Assembly (NCBI RefSeq): GCF_964355755.1
Contig: NC_092670.1
Location: forward strand, 23,980,795-24,044,794
Direction: 5' to 3'
DNA length: 64,000 nt
Origin: Antedon mediterranea
Taxonomy: Eukaryota > Animalia > Echinodermata
Below the pieces are notes generated by a model. That model saw nothing but the letters and a program-made list of their open reading frames with translations. It was not told the origin of the DNA and ran no database searches. Positions 1 through 11,849 of the stretch are shown piece after piece. Both the position numbers and the translations under genes were made by a program. Every line of letters starts with the position of its first letter. Position 1 is the stretch's first letter.

Positions 1-639
1 TTCACTATATATTTCACTAAATTGCATTGTGAATGGTAATGTGTGTTTATCATCGTGATTTCTCAAATAAAAAGAATACTTAAATTAAGGCAAAGTGCAG
101 TGGGGTAATATGTTTCCATTTTGTTTTTCTTATTTGAAATTGCCATGGGAAACAAATTGCATTTTAAAATGCTTCACGTAGATACTTGAAAGTCGATCAT
201 TCACGTGATAATAAATAATTATATATTGAATTTTTATTTATTAACCTACTAATATGTGTAGATCTACTTGAGAATACTTCTCAAGTCGTCGGTAATTATA
301 ACGATGCCACAAAACACTGTGGTCACTTTCGTAGAGATTGTTTAAGATAAAAACAGAAAGACTCGCTGTTCTGTTCAGAATGATTTAATGTGTTTACGGT
401 GTTTTCAGAAGAAATCCTTATTTCGTGTTTGTCATCTAAATAATACAATTACAAACTTGACAGAAGAGCAAAACAAAAAGCAGGCTATAATTTTAAAGAC
501 TTGTTCACATGGCAGGTTTAATCAGTGTGTGCAACACGTTTCTTTCAATAACTAGTCATTATTTTTCTAGTTGTTTACCTGATGTTTTAACTCTTACTGG
601 CATTAATCTCACCATGCCTTCGTCTGTTTTAGTTTGTAA

Positions 640-1160
640 TGTTTAGAGCTTACAATGTACAATTCCCTCGTCATGAATGTAGCAAGCGATTGAATGTTTT
701 AGAACTTGCAAAGTACATTACCCTGCGTTGAAATGTAGCAAGCGATTGACTGTTTTAGAACTTGCAAAGTCGGCCTACGATACACTACCTTGCTCTTTCT
801 GAAATGTAGCAAGCGATCGACTGTTTTATAACTTGCAATGTCGGCCTACAATACAATACCCTGCGTTGAAATGTAGCATGTGATCATATGTTTTAGAACT
901 TGCAAAGTTATGCCTATAACGCTGTCGTGAATTGTAGCAAGCGATCGTCTTACTATGTACAATACGCTCTCATATGAATTTTAGCAAGCGATCGTCTTGC
1001 TATACAATCTTATCTATACTATCTTATTTAAAATGTAGCAAACGATTGTCTGTTTTATAATGTGCTATGAATACTTTCTCTAATAGGAATTGTAGCAAGC
1101 GATCGTTTCTTTTAGAATTATTTACTATGGACACAATAAGCTTGGAATGTAACAATTTCA
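640..1160. repeat. Degenerate tandem repeat, ~50-70 bp unit, about 8-9 copies
   Basis: Core AATGTAGCAAGCGAT(T/C)G...TGTTTTAGAACTTGCAAAGT recurs at ~677, 732, 802, 869, 929, 977, 1031, 1087. Confidence 0.9.
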
Positions 1161-3689
1161 ATATTCTCTCATAATTCTGTAACCAAAGCGTGTCAGAAGC
1201 AGCGGAAGAAATAACCCCTTTATTTTAAGGATCAGGCGGTTTATCTGACAAGATTGTTTAAAGTAAAGGCGTACTCTGTATATCTTATTTTAGATTTTAC
1301 CTTCAAATAAATGTCAACTAATATCCTAACATTTAGCTAATACAGATTAATGTTTGTACATTAGGCTTACAACTCGCGAGCGAATGTACTATTTCTAACC
1401 TCATTTTATTAAAGAGCATCTTATTAAACATTGGTGAAAGTTCAAGCAAATTTGTAGAAAACGCTTGATACATTATGTCATTTCTAGAAATGAAAGTTTT
1501 GATTACAATTGTGTTGTCTTTTTAAAATTAGTATACATTGTGTATAGAAAGCCAAATCCACCAAATTCATTCTTAGTGAATTTGTCTTTCCAACTTCTGT
1601 GCAACATGATTCAAAACAATCTGGAAATATGTCTTCTTTCAAAAAATGAATTAAAAAATATATATTGGTTTTCTCTCCAATAATTAATATACAGTAAAAT
1701 ACAGAGGACTCCTTTGGGACCAATATAGGATGTCACTGAAAAGGAGTTGGTCGCAGTGTTATTGCTCTTTTTTTCTCAGGTTAGTGTCCCCTGAAGGAAT
1801 CAAATTGTTGCATTCTGGTGGGTTGTTACATTACTAAAACGCGATACTAACATTCTGTCTATTTTCATTATACTGTATATTGCTTTTTTTGTTTGTTTGC
1901 AAAATGAATGTCTTATAATCTTAAACAGAAACACATCCTTAATCGTTAATTTTTTTTCAATACATACCGTCTGAACAGATGCTGTTTTTGTTTTGTATGT
2001 CTCCTTAATTAAAACAATCCACAGGACAGTCCTCAAGGATCATACCTAATAATCTTGCAAGCACTCAATTGAAATTAATATTTGATACTCTTTTAAACTG
2101 AGACGGGTAAATAAACCAATGACGAACGCTCATTTCGCATTGGCGACTGAAACGGATCTTGCGTGATAATTTGTTACAATTTGCTATCCATTAAAATCGA
2201 TCGGATAAAAACATGTGATAAACAATACAAATGAGAAGTAGTAATTTTTTCAGAGAATGGAATATTGATTACTTATCGATTAGTATCCATTATTAACATC
2301 ACTAATAATAATATTAGGTATAATGTAAATGTATGATCCATTTTCTGAAATTGTCTATGTGCCTTTTATCTCATGAATAAAACTGTAAAATGTAGTAACA
2401 CTGAAAACGCCTACCTTATCGTGACCGTTCTGCTTACTTCTCTTTGGTGATTAATCAACTAATGTAAGGATCTATCTCTTCCCCCAGACCTCAGAAGTTA
2501 GGACACACAGGGGGTTTCCACAGGATGCGTGTTGCATGATGTCCGCCTCCTCGATGTGTGTAATCCCCGAGTTTATTTTGCTAGGAATTGTCAGGAGCAA
2601 TAATTAATAGATCATGATATTGTCATTTTCAAATCTGACTTATTTTGATACCTCCTACCATCACTACCCCCTCCCACAAACAAAGCACAATCCAGCGTAG
2701 GCGTGTAATATACAAAGGAATTAGAGTTTTTCTATAACGAATTGATAACTTGAAATGTAACCAAAAACATTCGCGAGCTTCCGTTTCAGGACGAAGACTA
2801 AAAACGAACGTAAAAATCGATCAACAAGTAAAGAGACAAAAGGAAACATTATGAGTTTTTACATGACATAGATGGACTAAACATGATGACATGCTGTATT
2901 TCATCCTATATTGGTGATCGATGATGAACAATATCTGATCAATAAAGCCTACATATTTGAATCGCATCTCATATCGGAATAAATAAAAAACAAGTAAAAC
3001 AAATAATCTACATATACACTTTTATTTCTTATAATAAAAAACAAAGCATTATATGAGTACCATCAACAAGTCACAGTTAGCAATAGACGATAATATACAA
3101 TTATATAATATTATATAATACGTCATTTCCGTTTGTACATCACACTTAATATTTCTTTAATATATTATTATTACGACATTGTGAATTTTAATAAAATATA
3201 GCATTTGAAATATGTCCTTTGTTAAATTTGATTTTGTTTATTTCAAATAAGGAGCAGCTTTACCACAAATAGGCCTATGTTACACCCTTTGCTATTTTTA
3301 TAAACTAGCATACAGAAAAAAAAAAGCAATAACAATTTAAATACCTTATAGTTAGAAAGAATGAACAGCTTTACATCACACTGATTATTATATTGGTCAA
3401 ATTACTTTTTTTGCCCATTTAAATACGTGTGAACCAAACCTAGATTAATTTATTTACATGTGGTATCCTATTTTAATTAATCTACTGTACTCGTGTGTCT
3501 TATAGGTGAACATTTTTGGTCACAAACAGTATCTATCCGATGTTTTACTACTTTTACGTCTACTATGACGTCGATGTAGAAACTGTATTTGTAGTATTCT
3601 TAATAATTTCGTTTACGGTTTTCTATCCAAAAGAAGAATAAGATATTTGGAAATGTTCTTTTTTTCAAACCAATAATTAGTAAGCTAAC

Positions 3690-3772
3690 CTTGACAGTTT
3701 CGCTGTCCTGTTCGGACAGCTTCTTCAGAATTTCTGAAGAAGCTGTCCGAACAGGACAGCGAAACTGTCAAG
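3690..3772. mobile_element. Perfect palindrome (41-bp arms, 1-nt spacer) of two inverted minimal hammerhead-ribozyme-like motifs; probable Penelope-like element remnant
   Basis: 3690-3730 is the exact reverse complement of 3732-3772. Each arm reads CTGAAGA-A-GCTGTCC-gaaca-GGACAGC-GAAA-C-T-G-TC (CUGANGA core, 7-bp stem II, GAAA, vestigial stem III, GUC). The palindrome is certain; the Penelope assignment is inferred. Confidence 0.65.
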
Positions 3773-5231
3773 TATTACTGCAAACCAGATGAACATTTTC
3801 AATCAGATTATAAGATTAACTAAAGAAGAATTAACATATTATTAATAATGATATGTTTAAAATATGAATATAAAAAAAATATACATGTAACCATAGATAC
3901 ATTCATGATGTAACCAAACATATATATATATATATCTGCTGCTGTAAATGAGTTAATGAGTAAATAAAACTGGTGGGGTTAGTGTTTATTTTACGTATGT
4001 GATTGTTGTATGCATAACAAGTTTCTGATAAATTACACGATTCAGATTTGACTTCAAATCCTTTGATAAAAAAAAGGCTGTAATTATAAATTGAGGCCTA
4101 TTGATATAATTAAGATATTTATTTATAAAAAGTGTTTGAATATGTTGTTTTCAGATGTATTTTTGATGTAGAATTGAAAACTTTGAGATGTATAAGGTAA
4201 AATGATTGACTGTAGTGTAAGTTCTGTGTTTTTACTGTCTGCCTGAAATGTATTTTGCTAACCTTTGACATACTGACCTTACCTTTGACATCAGTTGTCG
4301 GGCAAATTTAAACGGCATGTTAACAATGAGTGTGGAATATATCTTCTAATGTCGTTTATTGATTATGTGTATTCAGACATCATTTTAAAAGAATTAGTGA
4401 GGAGAAAGAATGTTTACAGCAGACATACCAACTAAGTAAGTTATGTGTGTTTATTTCGTTCTTATTAAATACATAGAATTCCAATCATGGACTTTTTAGG
4501 CCCTACATATAAGTTTCCCTTGCACTTTATTAGCCGATTCGAGGCATCACTGTTGCGCGTACTTAGCTGTGTGTGTGTCTTCATACAGCAGTGCTTATAC
4601 CATTATGAATATGGCCTAGCTGTTGTTTTGATTATTTTTCATCTCCCATGGAGGAAATATATAAATATAAAGACTTTGTGAGTGTGGTATGTTCTTAACA
4701 ATTATAGAAATGAATTTTGCGGGCTCTTGCTCAAAACCGTATTTTGCCATCATTTTGTATCTGAAGATTTTAATATTGGAAAGTGTTGACCTATATTTAT
4801 AAAAATAATAGATTGTACAATTAATCTTTGATTTTAAAATGCCTATAAGTATCTTATGGGCCATATGCAATTTACCTATCAAATCTCCAGTGTCTAATGT
4901 ATCACTACGCTTACTGCTTTTACCATTATTACCAGGCTCTCTAAAACTTACTGCAATAATAATAATAATAATGTAATTTATAGTTAAGAAAAAGTCAGAT
5001 AAATAATTCTTTATTATTATTCGTATTGAATTTCACAATAAATCCATTATAAGAGGTTTTATGAAATCGAGATGACACTCAAATTCATAACGCAATAAAA
5101 GCAAAATAATTGCGTTTTATTTACAAATTGTAAATTTAATTTCATGTTTTATAAAAGAATGTTCTTAATTAGGCAACATTCTAGTTCAAGTTTATGAATT
5201 GAGTGCAGGACCTACATCAGACCTACATTAA

Positions 5232-5578
5232 AGATTTACTGTCCCCTGAAAAATAACTTTCACATTTTTTTTTAATATGCCATTTTATTAATGTCACCTA
5301 ATAGTTATCCATTTTGACAAAAAATTGGATCTTAAAACTATTTATTTACCTGAAAAACTGTAATTTTAAGCAAAAAGTGGTCAAATTGGCTGCCAACCAA
5401 TGGTTTTTTGGTTGAATTTAACCATTTATTATGTTATTTTATAATAAGTGAAAACATTATTTTTTGGGGGTTTATTTTTATACGAAAGTGATTAACTTTA
5501 TTAAAACTACAACATAACCTATTCAATGTCTTATTTAATTAATCTTCATTTTTCATGTTTCTGGGGGACAATACATCT
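5232..5578. mobile_element. Non-autonomous DNA transposon with TTAA target duplication (Kolobok-like MITE)
   Basis: TTAA|AGATTTACTGTCCCC ... GGGGGACAATACATCT|TTAA: imperfect ~15-bp TIRs starting AG, with TTAA on both sides. Confidence 0.8.
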
Positions 5579-6467
5579 TTAATAATCTAAATATACAACT
5601 TCTTAGCGGTCTTTTGAACATAAAGTGATTTTTATTTTCGTTCCTCTACAACCATAATAACATAAACATAAAAATAATTGCATATTGTAGTTTATGTGTT
5701 GTTTGGTGTAATTTCAAACGTTGTTGATGATGACTATTTTTGTAAGAGAAATTTAATTAAACCAGTTATATAACTGTAGCGCTATTAGTAATAGTGATAT
5801 TTGTTTTACACTAATAATGGAACAGCAACGATTTATGTTCTATTATGGTCATTGTGAAATTAGCTTTTGGAATTAACCATTCCTTCAAACCATTCACACA
5901 GAAAGACAAATTGTGTTTCATAATAAAAAGTTGAAAGTCAAACTGAAAAAAAGACAGTTTCCAATCAATATATTACATTACAGCTTTTATATAATAGTAA
6001 TACTAAAATACATCAGTATAAGCATATGTCGTTAATACAGAAAATGATGATAACCAATTCTAGAATGACGGATAGCATTGAGCCCGTAACGATTACAATT
6101 TTTAGATGGTTCATCATTAGTTGAGAAACGAATATAGCCTATAATGACATTGTGCAAATCCAGTTTGGATTAATAATCTCATATTTAGGCCTAATGTATA
6201 GATATTAATTCCGTAAAAAATTACGTAATATCTCACCGAATCTTCTGAAATTACGTATAATATCTCACGGAAGATAACAATTCAATATTGTCCATATTAT
6301 TGTGACCATAACATTTATGGTAATACCAAGACATTTTAGTTGAAGACATAATTAAAATTATCGTAATATATATATACCACGGTCATAAAACAAATTCGGT
6401 GATATACTGAAAATATATTAAATAATTTGAAACGATAGGATGAGGAAATCTGTGAGAGTGAGAAAAA

Positions 6468-6544
6468 GCCCCAACTGAGATTCGAACCCGGAACCTTCTG
6501 CTTGATTTGCAGATGTCCTAAACATAGTCATAGACCACTAGGGC
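6468..6544 (-). pseudogene. tRNA-like sequence (pseudo-tRNA or tRNA-derived repeat head)
   Basis: Minus strand GCCCTAGTGGTCTA...TCTGC-aaatcaa-GCAGA-AGGTTCCGGGTTCGAATCTCAGTTGGGGC-TTTTT. It has A and B boxes, an anticodon-like stem and an oligo-T, but an aberrant D arm and anticodon loop. Confidence 0.6.
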
Positions 6545-6855
6545 TTTCATTGTTCAAATCCGATTGGATAGCGACTCTGTGGTACAGTGGAACAGCACTA
6601 GTCCCTCAATTGTATTGTACGCACGCGCACCAGAGATCAAATTGATACGGCCTCATTTTATAGTAGGCCTATACATATAATATACACAATATATTAGTAC
6701 AATACTTTTATACTTTTTACATTGAGCAGCTTGATTTGCTCAACATCAAACAAAAACCTTATTAATAAATGTTGTATTTGTTTATTTTTTACATTTTTAC
6801 AAATCTATAAAAACCTGAAGGTGTATTTCAGATTTAAATTGTAAATATTTTACAT

Positions 6856-8004
6856 TTATATTTCGTCTTTGGGCACTTTGGTATACGGGCTACCTGTACA
6901 CGTTGTTGACGTCATCATCGTCATAGGTGCTAGACGATAGTTGTTCCTGGGTTGGTTTGAATCGTCCAATTCGTCTCGATTAGCGTGTCTATTCCTTGAG
7001 CGTGGACATGTTACAGAATGATATTTCTTACGGATATAACTCCCTGCCACTGAGAAATCCTCCTGCTCATTGGACAAGCATGGCCTAGCATGCTGGTAAC
7101 TCTTGCGGAAATTATCACTCAGAAAACCATACAAGATTGGGTTGGCGCAGCTGTTGATGTAACTGATGACCGTAGTGCCATCCATCAGCATTCTAAAGAG
7201 TTTCTGCGTTGATTGCGTTGCTGTGATCGATTCAAAATCAAAGACAATAAATGAACGAACAATGTAAAATGGTGACCAACACAAAAAGAAAACAACTACT
7301 ATTATCATAACCATGTTTGTTACTTTCCTGTTCTTCTTGCTTTTTCCCGTACGAGCAGTAACTTGTCTCAACCGCAGCAGCAGAAGAAAGTAGCTCATCA
7401 TGGTGATCGCTAGAGGAATAAATAACCCCAATATTACTGTATAAATGTACATAGCTTTAGTCCATATTTCTTTATCGCCATAACGACTAAACTCAAAATA
7501 ACAGTATCCATCGTCATGTTTTATCTGCACCAACAGTGGCATTGCTATAACAATTGATAAAATCCAAATCCCGAGGCAAACACCGACAACAATAGGAAAT
7601 CTTCGATATTTTCCGGCTTGAGCCGGATGACAGACAGCAAAATACCGATCGACGCTCATCGCAGTTAGAGTGTACACACTAGTAAATTGATTTAGGGCGT
7701 CGATTGAATAAGTTAAAAAGCATGCAACCATGCCAAATAGCCAGTTATCTTTCAATATTGAGATTGCAAAAATTGGCAAACTCATAAGAAAAATTTCGTC
7801 TGTAATAGCAAGATTTAAAATATAGCAGTTTGTAACAGTCTGCATCCGGGCAAAACGTAGAATGACGTAAATTACGAGTCCATTTCCGATTACACCAACA
7901 ATGAAAATAAGTATGTACACTGAGAACAAAAAATATGTCCATTTTTCAAAAGATCCAGTGTCCATCGTGTAGTTGCTGCTGATATTATCGAAAACCGACT
8001 CCAT
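6856..8004 (-). CDS. Somatostatin/allatostatin-C receptor-like class A GPCR (382 aa, intronless CDS)
   Basis: First ATG at 8004 (MESVFDNISSNYT, two N-glycosylation sequons). Seven hydrophobic segments with GNGLV, LAITDE, SIDALNQFTS (Asp3.32), MSVDRY, FFLCWSPFY and YINSCANPILYGFLSDNFRKS (SSTR-type TM7 signature). The track's 8070 start is a non-ATG codon. Confidence 0.95.
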   Translation of the reverse strand: MESVFDNISSNYTMDTGSFEKWTYFLFSVYILIFIVGVIGNGLVIYVILRFARMQTVTNCYILNLAITDEIFLMSLPIFAISILKDNWLFGMVACFLTYSIDALNQFTSVYTLTAMSVDRYFAVCHPAQAGKYRRFPIVVGVCLGIWILSIVIAMPLLVQIKHDDGYCYFEFSRYGDKEIWTKAMYIYTVILGLFIPLAITMMSYFLLLLRLRQVTARTGKSKKNRKVTNMVMIIVVVFFLCWSPFYIVRSFIVFDFESITATQSTQKLFRMLMDGTTVISYINSCANPILYGFLSDNFRKSYQHARPCLSNEQEDFSVAGSYIRKKYHSVTCPRSRNRHANRDELDDSNQPRNNYRLAPMTMMTSTTCTGSPYTKVPKDEI

Positions 8005-8152
8005 TTTGAATTGGCGGCGTACAAAGACGATGTGAACGAGCTTATCACAGTTGAGTTTATTGTTTACCAACAGACAGCATTTTCATTACAGGTTGAATCA
8101 CTCTTTTCTTAACAATATGTTTATCATCAAATCTATAATGAAAAAAAAAAAA
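8005..8152 (-). promoter_or_regulatory. Splice acceptor and 5'UTR portion of the GPCR coding exon, with two short uORFs
   Basis: Minus strand T-tract then CATTATAG|ATTTG (AG at 8134-8133). uORFs at 8127..8098 (MINILLRKE*) and 8086..8057 (MKMLSVGKQ*). Confidence 0.6.
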
Positions 8153-8734
8153 GTAGATATTTTAGAAGGTGGGGTCGAGATTGAGAGTGTTTATTAAATC
8201 ATATACAGTGCATGTTTTATGCAGTAGAAACAATAATCAGGGTAATGCTGATTGATTATGTAAATTATTCATGAAGATGATAGTTATAGTTTATACTGAT
8301 TATTAATGTTTATTAATAAATAATTATGAATATGTATTTTCTTTTCTATTGTTATATATTTTGCTTTAATTTTGTATTACGGCCTCACAGAAGAACGTTT
8401 CTGGTGACCAGGTTTTCTATTACAAAAATAAAGATATTATTATTATTACTATTACTACAGTAATAATACGAAACACCATAGTAAGGCGCTTCATTAAATA
8501 GCACATTAAGCATATATTACTTTTTCATTAATTTAGATTTCATTGTTCCTTCTTCTGCATTGCATTTCATTATTTTGAAAAGCACATTACGCGGTAAAAC
8601 GACAAAGAAAGAAATTGATTGACTCTAAGAATTAATTATTTTGTTTAATGATTTCAACGAACAGAGCGGCTACATTTTATAGAAAACTGTTTTGATCACA
8701 AATTATATTTTTCTCTTTATAAGCTAGTGAATAG

Positions 8735-9060
8735 ATAATATAATAATATAATAATAATAATACCAGATTTATATAGCGCCCTTTTCATGAGTAATCATGC
8801 TCAAAGGCGCTTTACAAGCATTATTACCCCAGTATTTTTTGGGATCAAACACGTATGGAAACATACTCCCATAATGCAGCCGGTAACCAGCGCAGTTGTG
8901 TCTAGATCTAACTGGGTACCCATTTATACACCTGGGTGGAGAGAGGCAACGTAAGTAAAGTATCTTGCCTACGGATACAAGCAATGCGGCGAGAGTTGGA
9001 TTCGAACCTAGGTCTGACGATCGGTAGTCCAACGTCCAACACACTGCACCACACGCCGGC
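8735..9060 (-). mobile_element. Full-length tRNA-derived SINE (CORE-like centre, L2-like tail)
   Basis: Minus strand: A box TGGTGCAGTGTG, B box GGTTCGAATCC, central GGCAAGATACTTTAC...CTCTCTCCACCCAGGTGTATAAATGGGTACC, tail AAGCGCCTTTGAG...AAAGGGCGCTATATAAA followed by (ATT)n. Confidence 0.9.
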
Positions 9061-9517
9061 AGAAAAATGTCTTTAAGCACTGTCTATCTCCTCGCAATTA
9101 TAAGCGGCTATTTTGCATTGTATTGTTTTTCCCAACGTGTTAAATCAGAAACCACGATACAGCCCACCAGAAGAACGTGTTTGTCACTGAGAGGGCTGCC
9201 CTGTTTGATCTTTTATCAAAACAATATTATTAATCGCATACAATCCATGAAATGTAAAACAAAAAACAATTTAATAACCTATTGTATTAATACATTGTAT
9301 ATTCAGTTTTTACATTTTTAAAGGTCGTAAATTTGTTCTACTGATTTAAAAGTCTAAAATGAATAATAAACAAAATAACAAACAATTAGGGATTGACCTT
9401 CGTTCCCACATAAAATGTTAACGAAATCTAAGCATAATCTGTGGGTTTTTGGCAAACACGTCCGTATTACTGTTCGGCGTACAAAATGTATGCAATCGGG
9501 CGCCACAGTCCTTGTAT

Positions 9518-10130
9518 AGCTTGGTTCCCCACTTTTGATTGGTTCCGGCAGTTGAGACGCAACTGAAGGACGTAACGCAACGTACGTGAGTTGACCATTT
9601 ACAAGCGATGGCTTATTCGAACTGTCGCTTGTCATTGGTGAACACGCTTACGTTGCGTTTACGTCCTGGCGTTGCATCCAAGTGAGAACCAAGCTTAAGA
9701 CGCAACACGACACAAGGACGTAATCGCAACGTACGTGAGTTGACCAATTACAAGCGATGGCTTATTCGAACTGTCGCTTGTCATTGGTCAACAGGCTTGC
9801 GTTCCGTTTACTTCCTGGCGTTGCATCCAAGTGAGAACCAAGATTAAGACGCCACACAAAGACGTAATCGCAACGCAAGTGAGTTGACAATCAACCGTTC
9901 TGATAATCCATTGCTTGAAGCTTAAAGCGTGGTTCCCACTAGCGACGCAACGTAATGCAATCTACGCAACGTAATCAAATCTAAGAATTGTGTTTGCCTC
10001 CGCCTGCGTGAAATCAAACCTGCGATGTTTGCAGTACTATTGCGTCGTTGGTTCCCACTTGTGATTACGCAATACAGCACGTTTGCGTCAATACGTAGCT
10101 GAGTTGCGTTCTAGTGGGAACCACGATTTA
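9518..10130. mobile_element. Cluster of MITE family A (TIR AGC[GT]TGGTTCCCACTAG): two full copies plus duplicated half-copies
   Basis: AGCTTGGTTCCC at 9518 ... GAGAACCAAGCT at 9695; near-identical duplicate ~9700-9846; full copy AGCGTGGTTCCCACTAG 9927 ... CTAGTGGGAACCACGAT ~10127. Confidence 0.85.
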
Positions 10131-11849
10131 AGGGTATGAATTGAACATAATAGCCGTTACAGGGAGATCACGCTCATCAACAACTAGTCTTTTTTAAAAA
10201 ACGAATCATGACAATAAGTTATCGTAGTATGCCTTGTGACCAGCAAATTAACACTAAATAATTGAATTATTGGAACTCGGGTCTCTTTCGTAATCTATTG
10301 TAAAACTGACTGTTATACTAATATTATTATTAAGAAGGCGACCCAAGTCTTATAAACAAACTTTCGACTCTCCGTAAGAAGAAGTATGAGAAAGCATGAA
10401 GCAGGCTGTACGTATATTAGGGGTACGGTACAGGTAGGCCTAATTTATTATAGGTGTACGGTACTAAATACTCCTCCCCATATAAAAAAATCACCAAATA
10501 AAATGTTCTAAATATAAACACACAGCAACTGCACTATTTTACTTACGACCAACTCGAGAGTCAACAGGCTAACAAGAATGTCCAATACTGTTATTGTATT
10601 GTAAGAATTGCGAATAAATACTCTCAATTAATGTACAATATATTAAAAAGTTGGGTGGACAAAAGAAACACATCTATTAGCAGTACCACACTCATTCGTT
10701 CTCTCGCTGATCAAACGTCCAATTAGATGAGATTCACAATACAGTATTGTCTGATTGTGATAAAGCACGCATTACGCGCTCTCCAGCCGTTACAACAAAA
10801 CTGAGAATCCCACTCACACGTGATTATCAATATACACTTATCGATGAATTACATTAATTAAACAATAGCCTTATAGCTGTCACTGAACGTGTATTGTAAA
10901 AATGGTAAATATCACTGTAACAAATAATTTGGGACCTCAATGAAAGTCTGGTTTGAGGCGAGCTTCTGGTATCCGAGTGTCTATTGATAGAGTGGACTGT
11001 ATTCGAATTGTTTTTTTTTTGTCCATGTGTTTTAAGTATTTTCTTCTTGTAATACCCACTAATGGTATTTTTCTTGATTTATTTCGTTGTTGTTATTTTT
11101 CTATGCACTATTATTAGAAATAAATGTTAATGAATTAAATGCTTTTTTACATCGTTTAACGTAAAATAATTATCATCAGAAGAAGTATAATATAATAACA
11201 GAGAGATACGTTCTGAACGCACAGAGTTGTTTTATTTGCTGTGGCATTAACAGCATAGGGTAGGTTACTGCATGCAATAACAACAACAGTGAAATACTTA
11301 GAAGAACCATCATATAAATCATTGAAAGTATCAACAGTATTATTATATTGGTAGATAGAAAAACAAGATATGAATTATCAAAACAATGCAACAATGGCAT
11401 CAGCAGCTGATTGTTGTAAACGAAATGAAATGAGTTTTTCTGCTGAATAACGAGATAGTTATTAACACAATGTATCTGATTTGAAAGCGTAACATGTGAA
11501 AATTTATAGTTAATTACACGATCATCTTTGCAACAGGTAGTAATTAATTCTCGAGGTCATTTCGAGGTCATCGTTAATTTTGTTGAACTAGTAATCAGGT
11601 AAAGAAAGGAGAAAAATGGAAAGCTCAATCCAACAAGAGTTGTAATTATCATCATTGATCCAAAAAAATAAACTCTAGTGCCTCGCATGTGACACGCATA
11701 GCATATAATATTAGTGAAGTATTTAGCAAATTAGAATATTCAGCATTTGAAAAATACACGATTATCCAAGTTATGCTAAATGACTGATGCACATATTTAT
11801 TTAAAATATGTCTTATTTGGTAAGTTAATTTTTTTTTTTACATTACAAA

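Noticed and set aside
640-1160. CRISPR-like repeat/spacer appearance
   Set aside because: Spacers are related to each other, repeats are degenerate, there are no cas genes, and the context is eukaryotic.
6468-6544. Functional tRNA gene
   Set aside because: Abnormal D arm, anticodon loop lacking the conserved U33, and mismatched T stem.
6859-6870. C-terminal KDEI as a KDEL-type ER retention signal
   Set aside because: A GPCR C-terminus is cytosolic, whereas KDEL receptors read luminal signals.
8005-8070. 22-aa N-terminal extension of the GPCR in the ORF track
   Set aside because: It starts at a non-ATG codon; the first in-frame ATG is at 8004.
8769-9080. 103-aa minus-strand ORF
   Set aside because: It lies within the SINE and is a chance open frame.
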